Shown piece by piece: positions 23,649 to 32,784 of a stretch of DNA of 64,000 bases (positions are counted from its first letter, which is position 1; the number at the start of each line of letters is the position of its first letter). The translations under genes were made by a program, and so were the position numbers. Source of the stretch: Candidatus Omnitrophota bacterium (lineage in GTDB: Bacteria; Omnitrophota; Gorgyraeia; Gygaellales; Profunditerraquicolaceae). The notes below the pieces were generated by a model, which worked only from the letters and a program-made list of their open reading frames with translations, had not been told where the DNA came from and made no database searches. The stretch covers positions 196,554 through 260,553 of the forward strand of contig JAUSED010000008.1 of assembly GCA_030650425.1 (NCBI GenBank), given 5' to 3'.

Positions 23649-25838
23649 ATGAAGCGAATACTTTTTCTCCTGTTTTTCGTTGCTGCTATGGTGGTTTGGT
23701 GTACGCCGAGTTTTGCTGTGCAAACAGTTAACCCTGCCGGTGATACTTTGAGCGCCACCGGTGTTTCTGAGGGAGTCTTTATGAACGATGGGGGACTTGC
23801 GGATCTCTTGACTGTTGGGGCGCAGGATATCTTTACAAACAACAAAGCTAGCGAGGGTGTTGCTACGGACAAAACTCTATCTGCTGTTTACACCACCAAC
23901 TCCGCTAAATCCAGTATAACCATTACCGGTAACTCGACTGTGTATGGAAGAATCAGCGGTATAGATCCCGCAGGTGAAAAAACATTTGTCCTCATCACCG
24001 CAGGCGCTAGCGGCAATACGGTAAATTTTCTTGGAAGGGTCAATGCGACGGAAGTGGATATCGGAACCGGTACAGTAAATTTCAAAAGCGGAAACTCGAG
24101 TGACGCGAAAACGGTTATTACTGGTGTCGGCGGCACGCTCGGTCTTGATGTGAATACGACAGTCGTAGGCGCTCTCACGACTACGGCGGGAGACAATACG
24201 GGTACGTTGTCGCTTGCTAGTGGTAGTCAATTGACTGGCGCCGTTGGAGCAGGTGCTGCTAAGGTTCATACTATCAATGTTGTTGGGGGGAGTAATACTG
24301 CCGGGGTGAGAGCAGACATCGTTGGCGCGGTCTACACCCATGAATTTTCACTCTTGACGAATCATTTGGCTATTGACGGCGCTTTCACAATCGCTGCTGC
24401 CGGGACATTTAATACGACCCTGGCCGGCACGGCCTTGACGCAATACGGCCACATCACTGCGACCGGAGCCGCAAACATTGGAACAGGGATCGGGGTTCAA
24501 GTGACTGTTCCCGCGGGGACGTACATTCCGCTGGGGACCCTGTTTGATGTCGTCAACGCTACCGGCGCCATCACTGCTGATATTATTCCCACGATAACAA
24601 CCGTAGGTGATACCAATCCTCTTTATACGTTTGACGTCGAGCCTATCACTGGTACCGCAGCGGGTAAGTTAACAATAAAGACTACCGGTACACCGATACA
24701 GCCAGCGGATCCTGTTCCGGATCCTGTAGCCAATGCAGCAGCGCCTGCTTTAGGAGCTCTTCCAGCGACTGCCCCTGTTATAATTGCAATTAATGCTCTT
24801 ACTACTCCAGGCGCGGTCGCTAGCGCAGAAGCACAGCTTGCTCCGTCAACCGCGTCTTTAGCATCGCCTTTATTGACATTTCAAGGAGTTAGAGAGTTTC
24901 AGACTCTTTGGTTGAATCGTCTGGACGCGTGTGGTCAGGTTAGCTGGCCCAGCGAAAATAAAGAGAACTGTAAAGGCAGCACTGCTGATAACGGCTGGTG
25001 GCTGAAAGGCTTTGGATATTTTGGTCATCAAGATAGCAGAAGCGGTTTTACGTCGTATGATGCCAGCATTCTCGGCTCTATGATCGCTTACGACAGGTCT
25101 CTTGGCCTTAATACGCGCGCGGGCGTAGGACTTGGTTATGCTCGAACTAATATACAAGGAAAGGTGTACGACGCCAACACGCAAACCGATACCTATCGAG
25201 CAGTAGCTTACATTGGTCATGAGTTTTGGTCTTGGTTCGTTGATGCTAGTGGGTCATTTGGTTGGAATGAATACCGGGATAGGCGCCACGTTGAATTTCC
25301 CGGTATGGATACTACGGCGAAAGCCAAGTATGACGGACAGGATTACACTGCTTTTGGAAGGGTCGGGTATCATCTCCCCGCTTTTCATGAATTTATTGCC
25401 ACGCCGATGGCCTCACTTCAATATACTCGTATAAATATAAGTGGCCGCACGGAAAAGGGCTCTTCTGATGATATCAATATGAAGGTGAGATCTCAGCGTT
25501 ACGATTATCTGGAGTCTGGCTTAGGAGCTAAGGTAGAGCGCCCCTTCAACTATAATAGTAAATTCACGTTTGTTCCTGAGGCGCACTTTGAGTGGCTGCA
25601 TAAGCTTTCTAATCCAAGGATAAAACAGACTACTACGTACGTCGCAGGCTCGGATTCGTTTACAACTCCAAGTTTAAGGACGGTTGCTGATTCTTACCGT
25701 GCCGGAGTAGGCCTCAATCTTCTTTCGTGTGCCTGTAGCGCGACAATATGGTCGGTTGAAGCCGGTTACGACTATTATTGGAGAACTGACGGTTACGCCG
25801 CTAATCAGGTGTCAATGAGAGTCAGCAGGCGTTTCTAA
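23649..25838 (+). CDS. Autotransporter (type Va) with a Gly/Thr/Ala-rich beta-helical passenger
   Basis: Signal peptide, Pro-rich linker (PADPVPDP), barrel beginning GWWLKGFG, C-terminal ..VSRRF. Confidence 0.9.
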   Translation: MKRILFLLFFVAAMVVWCTPSFAVQTVNPAGDTLSATGVSEGVFMNDGGLADLLTVGAQDIFTNNKASEGVATDKTLSAVYTTNSAKSSITITGNSTVYGRISGIDPAGEKTFVLITAGASGNTVNFLGRVNATEVDIGTGTVNFKSGNSSDAKTVITGVGGTLGLDVNTTVVGALTTTAGDNTGTLSLASGSQLTGAVGAGAAKVHTINVVGGSNTAGVRADIVGAVYTHEFSLLTNHLAIDGAFTIAAAGTFNTTLAGTALTQYGHITATGAANIGTGIGVQVTVPAGTYIPLGTLFDVVNATGAITADIIPTITTVGDTNPLYTFDVEPITGTAAGKLTIKTTGTPIQPADPVPDPVANAAAPALGALPATAPVIIAINALTTPGAVASAEAQLAPSTASLASPLLTFQGVREFQTLWLNRLDACGQVSWPSENKENCKGSTADNGWWLKGFGYFGHQDSRSGFTSYDASILGSMIAYDRSLGLNTRAGVGLGYARTNIQGKVYDANTQTDTYRAVAYIGHEFWSWFVDASGSFGWNEYRDRRHVEFPGMDTTAKAKYDGQDYTAFGRVGYHLPAFHEFIATPMASLQYTRINISGRTEKGSSDDINMKVRSQRYDYLESGLGAKVERPFNYNSKFTFVPEAHFEWLHKLSNPRIKQTTTYVAGSDSFTTPSLRTVADSYRAGVGLNLLSCACSATIWSVEAGYDYYWRTDGYAANQVSMRVSRRF

Positions 25839-25864
25839 GTTGTTGGTTGGTAATTATTGATTTT

Positions 25865-25899
25865 AAAATAGGGGACGTTTCTGAAACGTCCCCTATTTT
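25865..25899. terminator. Bidirectional terminator-like hairpin
   Basis: AAAATAGGGGACGTTTC-T-GAAACGTCCCCTATTTT. Confidence 0.8.
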
Positions 25900-25902
25900 A
25901 TG

Positions 25903-25947
25903 ATTATACCTAGGTACAATTGATTTAATTTCTGTCGTTTCTATAAT
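25903..25947 (+). promoter_or_regulatory. Palindromic operator plus promoter (copy 4)
   Basis: ATTATACCTAGGTACAA-TTGATT-N16-TATAAT. Confidence 0.75.
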
Positions 25948-26017
25948 AACACTATGAAGTCAGAAAAGTTGTAGATTAATTAAAGGAAGGCGGCGGTTAA
26001 AAAACAGGAGGTGGGTT

Positions 26018-27190
26018 ATGAAGAAGCTAGCATTAGTACTAGTAGTGGTATTGAGTGTGGCAATCTTGGGTAGAGCGTATGCTGAGACGGTAGGGGCAAC
26101 GGCGCCTATTACCGCGCAGGCGCACAAAGTTTTTGAGGTATATGTGGACAGGAGTTCCCCTGAGAATCACTACATTCTTTCCGGATGGATGGGTGACTAC
26201 GGTGATATTAAACTGAACGATCAGTTTGCGCAGGATTCACATTCAGGTTCTTCCTGCATCGAGTTTGTGTATAGCGCGAAGCAGTCACAAGGGCAGGGAT
26301 GGGCAGGGGTGTATTGGCAGAATCCTACGAATAATTGGGGTTCGAAAAAAGGCGGATTTGATTTAGCCGGTATGAACAAACTTACCTTTTGGGCGCGCGG
26401 CGCAAAGGGCACAGAGAAAATCCAGAAATTCATCGTGGGTGGGATAAAAGGCGTGTATTCAGATTCCGCTGTGGTGGAAATAGGCCCTATAGAGCTTACG
26501 GATCAATGGAAAGAATATAGTATAAACCTTACGGGAAAAGATCTTACCTATATTAGTGGAGGGTTCGGTTGGACAATTACCGCGGATCTTAATCCTCAAG
26601 GGGCTATTTTTTATGTCGATGACATCAGATTCCAGGCAGATCCCGCTATGAAACCCGCGATCAGGGTTCAGGAAGCAATGCCGTTTTATGTCTATCAGGA
26701 TAAAGCTTCCATGAAGAACCATTTTATTCCTTCCGGATGGATGGGGGATTCTGATGATCTAAAACTGGATACCGGCTCAACAGAAATGCCGTATCTGGGT
26801 GATAGCTGTATAAAGATTATCTATAGCGGCAAGGGTGCTCAAGGTGGGCGCTGGGCCGGAATTTACTGGCAGCAGCCTGCGAACAACTGGGGAACGGTGG
26901 ATGCAGGGGTTAATCTTTCTAAGGCTAGCAAGCTTACCTTTTGGGCGCGCGGAGCAAAGGGGGGTGAGCGGATTGAGGAATTTAAGATCGGTGAGATTAA
27001 GGGCGTGTATGGTGATTCTGGCGACGCGGGTATTTACAACATTATTTTGAACAAAGAATGGACTAAGCATACCATCGATTTGAAGGGCAAGGATCTCTCC
27101 TATATCATTGGCGGTTTTTGCTGGGCAATGAGTGCGGATTTTAACGCAGGGGGCGCGACGTTTTATCTGGATGAGATAAGATATGAATAA
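26018..27190 (+). CDS. Secreted protein with two tandem galactose-binding-like (CBM) domains
   Basis: Signal peptide; duplicated NH..SGWMGD...WAG.YWQ.P.NNWG...LTFWARGAKG.E...GGF.W...FY.D.I. Confidence 0.7.
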   Translation: MKKLALVLVVVLSVAILGRAYAETVGATAPITAQAHKVFEVYVDRSSPENHYILSGWMGDYGDIKLNDQFAQDSHSGSSCIEFVYSAKQSQGQGWAGVYWQNPTNNWGSKKGGFDLAGMNKLTFWARGAKGTEKIQKFIVGGIKGVYSDSAVVEIGPIELTDQWKEYSINLTGKDLTYISGGFGWTITADLNPQGAIFYVDDIRFQADPAMKPAIRVQEAMPFYVYQDKASMKNHFIPSGWMGDSDDLKLDTGSTEMPYLGDSCIKIIYSGKGAQGGRWAGIYWQQPANNWGTVDAGVNLSKASKLTFWARGAKGGERIEEFKIGEIKGVYGDSGDAGIYNIILNKEWTKHTIDLKGKDLSYIIGGFCWAMSADFNAGGATFYLDEIRYE

Positions 27191-27239
27191 AACAGCATCG
27201 CGGCAGTTTATAGGGCGGCGAAAAACAAAGGAGCTACAA

Positions 27240-27779
27240 ATGAAAAAAAGGTATTTTCTGTTTTTAACGGCAATTCTTACCTATCTGGCCTTATCTGTGA
27301 GCGTCGTATTGGCTGAAGATGTTCTAGTGCAGTTGAGGCTTGACAAAACAACCACTAAAGGTTTAGGCAGTAATGGAACACAGAGCTTTGAACCGGTCAG
27401 GTTCTCTTTAGTGATCCAGAATCTTTCTGATAAGCAGCAATTAGTCAGCCCAAGAATGGTTTATAACTTCAGCTTACAGAAACTTGAACCATGGGTAACC
27501 GGATTGGATCCCCGGCGCGCGTCCTACTATCCGATTGTAGCCACCGGCCAGATGAAAGCGATTGGCCAGCGCTATGGGCCTTACCTGACAATTGAGCCGC
27601 ATACAGAACTAGTGATAGGTTACGGGACGCTTCCTGATGATATAAAGCAGTATGCTGATAATTATAAGGGGCATTTGATACCGGGCGTCTACAATTTGTG
27701 GGTAAGTTTTCCTACCGGGCTTACCGGTACATCTGATAGTACTTCGGTTAGCACGCTTTTATTTGTGGCGAAAGAATAA
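27240..27779 (+). CDS. Hypothetical secreted beta-sandwich protein
   Basis: SD AAGGAG; signal peptide MKKRYFLFL..VLA; PGVY motif. Confidence 0.6.
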   Translation: MKKRYFLFLTAILTYLALSVSVVLAEDVLVQLRLDKTTTKGLGSNGTQSFEPVRFSLVIQNLSDKQQLVSPRMVYNFSLQKLEPWVTGLDPRRASYYPIVATGQMKAIGQRYGPYLTIEPHTELVIGYGTLPDDIKQYADNYKGHLIPGVYNLWVSFPTGLTGTSDSTSVSTLLFVAKE

Positions 27780-27817
27780 GGGTGAGGGCAAAAGAATAAC
27801 CTAAGGAGGCCGGCGAA

Positions 27818-28189
27818 ATGCCATCAGAGAATAATCAAGTTTTTATTGTGGATGACGATGTTTCAGTATGCCGGGCGCTGAGCGTGCTGCTGGTTACGTA
27901 TGGGTTTATTGTGGATACTTTTACTTCCACAGAGGATTTTTTTCGCGTTGTGCCTAATAGCGCTCCCGGTTGTTTACTCTTGGATATCCATATGCCGACA
28001 CTAGACGGATGGGAAACGCTGCGGCAGCTTCTTGAGTCAGGTTCCAGCCGTCCGGTTATTATTATGTCCGCGGATAAAAACGGAGGGCTTAACGAGAAGG
28101 CTTTAAAAGCAGGGGCTGTGGGATTTTTACAAAAACCTTTTAATGATCAGGCATTGGTTGATTTTATAAATATTGCATTTAAAAAGTAA
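27818..28189 (+). CDS. Single-domain response regulator (FixJ-like receiver)
   Basis: IVDDD, LDIHMP, FLQKPF. Confidence 0.9.
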   Translation: MPSENNQVFIVDDDVSVCRALSVLLVTYGFIVDTFTSTEDFFRVVPNSAPGCLLLDIHMPTLDGWETLRQLLESGSSRPVIIMSADKNGGLNEKALKAGAVGFLQKPFNDQALVDFINIAFKK

Positions 28190-28320
28190 AGACAGGTTTT
28201 TGTCCATCTCGTTAGTAGAAAAAAGGCAGGAAAAAGTAGAATTAGTCCATCCCGGCCATCCACATATTTTCTATATAGTTATAATAACTTGTGTTATAAT
28301 TACCTGTAAAGGAGGGAAAT

Positions 28321-28485
28321 ATGTTACGTTGGACAGTTACATTCTTTGTTATCGCGATTGTCGCGGCGCTGTTTGGATTCACGCAAATCGCGGGTTCGGC
28401 TATGGATATCGCTAAAATTTTGTTCTTTATTTTCTTAGTTTTGGCGATTATCATTTTTATTTTTGGAAGGAAACGGTTCGTATAG
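28321..28485 (+). CDS. DUF1328/UPF0391 (YtjA-like) small membrane protein, 54 aa, absent from the ORF track
   Basis: [54 protein letters not shown]; SD AAAGGAGG. Confidence 0.9.
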   Translation: MLRWTVTFFVIAIVAALFGFTQIAGSAMDIAKILFFIFLVLAIIIFIFGRKRFV

Positions 28486-28499
28486 CTGTTAGGAAACAA

Positions 28500-28585
28500 A
28501 TAAAGAAGAATTGGCTATTTTAACATTAATTTTTCCTGTCGCCGGTATGGCGATTTATTTTAACCGGCAGGAAGAGATATCTTAA
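28500..28585 (+). pseudogene. Degraded remnant of a PLDc_N-type small membrane protein
   Basis: Reads ..ILTLIFPVAGMAIYF/(frameshift)TGRKR with no start codon. Confidence 0.4.
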
Positions 28586-28597
28586 AAGGAGGGCGAT

Positions 28598-29776
28598 ATC
28601 AGGCAAAAGAAGTTAGATTATTTACTTATAGCAATAACCTGTTTTTTAGCATCAGGGTGCGTCCATGCGCGGCATGCTGTACCGGAAAATCTTGTCGGCA
28701 CGGCCGTCGTTGTCGGTATGCCGGATATACGCTACTATACTGGTAAGTCCGTTTCTTCCTTTATGCGGCAGAGTTTGGCAGATTCGTTTAAAGATGAGGG
28801 TAAATCAGGCTATCTAGCCGATGGCATAAAGACTTATGCCGCGCTCATTATCGGAGGCGGAGTATCGAACAGCGCCTACGGTATAGGGCTATTAAAAGGG
28901 TGGTTAAAGGAAGGCTCTCGGCCAGTATTTAAGATGGTTACAGGATACTCTAGCGGGTCGATCCTTGCTGTTGCCGTGTTTTCAGGTAAAGATTATGAAG
29001 AGCGGCTTGCGGACCTGTTTACCTCGATATCGACCAAAGATGTCGTGAAACAAAGGAGCAGTTTTGCCCTTTTGTTCGGAGATTCTGTAGTGAGCTCAGC
29101 CCCGTTAGCTAAAAAAATTGATGATATTGTGGATGAGGATTTAATGGCGAGGATCGCGCAAGAATACAGGAAGGGACGCAGGCTATATGTGGGAACCACG
29201 GATTTTGACGCCCAGGGGTTTGTTATATGGGACATGGGAGCGCTTGCTTCCATTGGAGGCCATGATTCGGTGAAGATGTTTCGCAAAATAATTCTGGCTT
29301 CATGCTCGTTTCCAGCTATGCTTCCTCCGGTCTATTTTCAAGTTGAAGCCGGCAACAGGCGTTATGACGAGATGCATGTTGATGGCGGGGTGATGGGCGG
29401 AGTTTTTTATATTCATCAGTTAATGGAAGGTGCAGGGCCCAAAGGATTCAGAACACGTCTATATATCCTAAATCTGTGCTATATGTCGCCGCATTCCAAA
29501 CAGGTAGAAGACAATCTGGTAGCGATAACCTCGCGTCTGATCGAAACCAATGGAGCTTCAAAAATGATCGGGGATACTTACAGGCTTTACGCTTTCGCTA
29601 ATGAAAAAGGATGGGATTATAATCTAGCGTATATTCCAGAAGATTTCAAACCCTATCAAAAAGAGATGTTTGACAGGCAGGAAATGCAAAGGCTCTTTAA
29701 GCGCGGATATGACGACGCGGTAAGAGGGTATAAGTGGCACAAGGCTCCACCAGGGCTTGTATCAGAGGGTAAATAA
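28598..29776 (+). CDS. Patatin-like phospholipase lipoprotein with an apparent ATC start
   Basis: GGG..AYG.G, GYSSG nucleophile, HVDGG. The frame extends upstream of ATG 28718 to include a lipoprotein signal (..CFLASG-C) beginning at ATC 28598 behind SD AAAGGAGG. Confidence 0.8.
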   Translation: MRQKKLDYLLIAITCFLASGCVHARHAVPENLVGTAVVVGMPDIRYYTGKSVSSFMRQSLADSFKDEGKSGYLADGIKTYAALIIGGGVSNSAYGIGLLKGWLKEGSRPVFKMVTGYSSGSILAVAVFSGKDYEERLADLFTSISTKDVVKQRSSFALLFGDSVVSSAPLAKKIDDIVDEDLMARIAQEYRKGRRLYVGTTDFDAQGFVIWDMGALASIGGHDSVKMFRKIILASCSFPAMLPPVYFQVEAGNRRYDEMHVDGGVMGGVFYIHQLMEGAGPKGFRTRLYILNLCYMSPHSKQVEDNLVAITSRLIETNGASKMIGDTYRLYAFANEKGWDYNLAYIPEDFKPYQKEMFDRQEMQRLFKRGYDDAVRGYKWHKAPPGLVSEGK

Positions 29777-29832
29777 GACTACAGCCGAACCTATCGGATG
29801 ATTCGGTGTTCATTAACTATGAAGGAGGATAT

Positions 29833-30027
29833 ATGAATAAGGGAATGTCAGTTGGGCTTTTGGTTGCAGGAGTTATTTTGTTAGTTTTTGGGTTAAATGC
29901 CTATCATTCGGCTAGCTCAGATGTTCAGCGTTTTTTCACCGGTGCACCTACAGACAAGGCGCTCTGGCTTATAATTCTTGGAGTGGTCGTTAGCATAGTC
30001 GGTGTATTTGGTTTAGCTAAAAAGTAA
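29833..30027 (+). CDS. DUF3185-like small membrane protein
   Basis: G..LLVFG.NAY.S..SD..RFFTG.PTDKA.WL; SD AAGGAGG. Confidence 0.8.
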   Translation: MNKGMSVGLLVAGVILLVFGLNAYHSASSDVQRFFTGAPTDKALWLIILGVVVSIVGVFGLAKK

Positions 30028-30087
30028 GAAAGATTCTATCTGAGAGAGAATGAGCGGAATTGACTAATATTTTGTAAGGAGAAATTT

Positions 30088-32784
30088 TTGAAAACTGATT
30101 CGCACGGCAGAAAAGAGATTTTTCGGTTTTTAATTTCGGGGTCTATTGTCAATGCGATAGACTTTAGTGTTTATTATATTCTATTTCATTTTCTCCCCTT
30201 TAGTGTATCTAAAGGCATCTCTTTTACGTGTGCGGGGATTGTGGGGTATTTCCTTATTAAGTTTTTTACGTTTAAACAGAATAAACCACTATCGTATGTT
30301 GAAGTTGGCCAGTATGCACTAATTAATTCTTTAGCCTTAGGTATTAATGTTTTAACAAATCAAAGTATCCTTAAGCTTTGGCACGGAAATATTATTTTAG
30401 CTTTAATAATCGCGACAATATTAACAGGTTTGTTTACCTATACTTGTTTTAAATGGTGGGTTTTTAGAACATTAAAAAAAGAGATTTATTTTGGGTCATG
30501 GAAATGGTTTATTCTGAAATTTATAGTAAGGGTTGTTGCGCACAAACAGGGATTTCTGGATCCTTTTAAACTCATTTCGCAGTTGCAGAATTTTGAGCAG
30601 CCTTCGGAGGTGATAGCTCCGAAGGAACTGTTGCGTTCAGGCGTTGTCTTACACGCTCGCGGCTTGATCAATAGCTTAGCCATACAGTATAACCTTGATT
30701 GGATCTGGCCATATTGGGTGGAATGTCAATATAACCCACGAAGCGAGGCGTTTATCCCACGGGCATTTTCTTTAACTCAAATTAATCTTACTCATAGAAA
30801 TTGGACAGCTTTAGGAGTTCCCGACGGCACTGAATTTCCTCTTGTAGATCCTCGCGGTCTCGTTACTCCCTTTTATGATGGCTGGTCTATTGATGTTTGG
30901 ATAATTCCAGAAGTTGGAGAACCATTAATCCCGTCGCGCCTGCCTGCCGGACAGGCAGGCAGTCCAAACGTTTCGCAAAAGTTGGATTTTGATGATAATC
31001 TTTGCGTGATTACAGAATCAAGCCTTGGTAAATTAAAGCTTAAATCGGAAGCGCGAGTCATAGGTTCAGCTCAAACGCCTCTTTGTCAGGTTGAAATCAC
31101 AGGAACTGCAGGCGTCAAGGCGCGGCTAATCGTTTCTCTCAGGCCTTATAACCCCGAAGGCGTGAACTTCATAAATAGCATTACTCTCCTTGGAGATTCG
31201 TTGGGCTGGAAAGTAAATCAAAAAGATCTTGTCTATTTTGATAAATCTCCGGAATATTACGTATTTTCAGACTATCGTCGAGGAGATGTGTATAGCCGAT
31301 TGTCTTTGAAGGAAAATGAAAGCGAAGTTTCGTCTAAAGTCGGTATGGCCAGTGCAGCAGCCGTTTTTATATTGGAAGCAGAAATTCCGCAAGAAATTAC
31401 CATTTCAGTACCTTTAACGAAAAATAAGATTGAAAAAGAATCATTTTTGGGCTATCAAGAAACTGCAAAAGTTGCGTGGAAGAAAAGCCTTCAAGGTACC
31501 TGTTCCTTACAAATTCCAGATGAAAGTTTTAAGTTTCTTTACGATACCGCAATTCGAACCATGGTTTTGCATTCTCCTAAGGAAGTTTACCCCGGTCCTT
31601 ATATTTACCGAAGGTTTTGGTTTCGTGATGGTGCTTTTATATTGAATGCCATGCTGTGTGTCGGGTTAAAGGAACGTGTTCGACGAGCCTTGGATTGTTT
31701 CCGCTTGCGTCAGACAGCTCAGGGTTATTTTCTTTCCCAGGAAGGGGAATGGGATTCTAACGGCGAGGCCTTGTGGATTATGCGTCAGTATTGCCAGATG
31801 ACGGGAAATGTCCCGCCCGAAGAGTGGGGAAAATCAATCAAAAAAGCGGGAAAGTGGATTTATAAGAAGCTCTTGCCTAGTAATTTGCAATCTCCCCATG
31901 CAGGCTTGTTACCTTCGGGATTTAGCGCCGAGCATTTGGGGCCGAATGATTTTTATTATTGGGATGACTTTTGGGCTGTTGCGGGATTGAAAGCAGCGGC
32001 GTTTTTGTGTACTGCTTATAAGGAGCATGACGAGGTTATTACTTTTGAAAGGGAATCACATGTTTTATTGGAGAGTATTAATCAAAGTTTAAAAATAGCG
32101 GAAGAACGTTTAGAAAGGCTTGCGATACCAGCCTCTCCATATCGGCGCATGGATTCAGGAGCGATCGGCTCTTTGGCTGCCAGTTATCCTCTTCGTATTT
32201 TTGAACAGAATGATCAAAGAATTTTGGGCACAGCAGATTTTTTAATGAAAAATTGTTTAGTTAATGGAGGTTTTTTCCATGATATGACCCATTCAGGGAT
32301 TAATCCTTATCTTACGTTGCACTTAGCTCAAGTGTTTTTACGCGCGGGGGACCCCAGGTATTTTGGTTTGATGACAGCAGTGGCTAAATTGGCAACACCT
32401 ACAGGACAATGGCCGGAGTCGGTGCACCCGCGTACAGGGGGCGGATGCATGGGTGACGGACAGCATGCCTGGGCCGCAGCGGAATGGGTAATGATTATCA
32501 GAAATTGTTTCGTGCGGGAAGAAGAGAACCGCTTAATTTTATGTTCGGGAATCCCGCGAGCCTGGCTTGATAAAAATGAAACTATTGCCTTTGGGCCTGC
32601 GCCGACAAGTTTTGGGGATATTCAAATTTACCTAAAACCACGAGGGGAAAATATCCTTATAGAATGGCGAGGAACTTGGTTTGCACAAGAACCGCCTATT
32701 GATATCCAATTACCCGGTTTTAAGAGCGCGAGAATTACGCCCGCGACAAATTCTCTTGAATTAAAAATTGAGGCGGATAAATGA
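30088..32784 (+). CDS. GtrA-like membrane domain fused to a six-hairpin (alpha/alpha)6 glycoside hydrolase-like protein
   Basis: N-terminal FRFLISG..AIDF..Y four-TM GtrA pattern; FWFRD, GEWDSNG, SAEHLG, YYWDDFW, GQWPE. Confidence 0.72.
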   Translation: MKTDSHGRKEIFRFLISGSIVNAIDFSVYYILFHFLPFSVSKGISFTCAGIVGYFLIKFFTFKQNKPLSYVEVGQYALINSLALGINVLTNQSILKLWHGNIILALIIATILTGLFTYTCFKWWVFRTLKKEIYFGSWKWFILKFIVRVVAHKQGFLDPFKLISQLQNFEQPSEVIAPKELLRSGVVLHARGLINSLAIQYNLDWIWPYWVECQYNPRSEAFIPRAFSLTQINLTHRNWTALGVPDGTEFPLVDPRGLVTPFYDGWSIDVWIIPEVGEPLIPSRLPAGQAGSPNVSQKLDFDDNLCVITESSLGKLKLKSEARVIGSAQTPLCQVEITGTAGVKARLIVSLRPYNPEGVNFINSITLLGDSLGWKVNQKDLVYFDKSPEYYVFSDYRRGDVYSRLSLKENESEVSSKVGMASAAAVFILEAEIPQEITISVPLTKNKIEKESFLGYQETAKVAWKKSLQGTCSLQIPDESFKFLYDTAIRTMVLHSPKEVYPGPYIYRRFWFRDGAFILNAMLCVGLKERVRRALDCFRLRQTAQGYFLSQEGEWDSNGEALWIMRQYCQMTGNVPPEEWGKSIKKAGKWIYKKLLPSNLQSPHAGLLPSGFSAEHLGPNDFYYWDDFWAVAGLKAAAFLCTAYKEHDEVITFERESHVLLESINQSLKIAEERLERLAIPASPYRRMDSGAIGSLAASYPLRIFEQNDQRILGTADFLMKNCLVNGGFFHDMTHSGINPYLTLHLAQVFLRAGDPRYFGLMTAVAKLATPTGQWPESVHPRTGGGCMGDGQHAWAAAEWVMIIRNCFVREEENRLILCSGIPRAWLDKNETIAFGPAPTSFGDIQIYLKPRGENILIEWRGTWFAQEPPIDIQLPGFKSARITPATNSLELKIEADK
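30938..30960. repeat. REP-like palindrome in frame inside a CDS
   Basis: GCCTGCCTG-CCGGA-CAGGCAGGC, encoding LPAGQAG. Confidence 0.7.
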
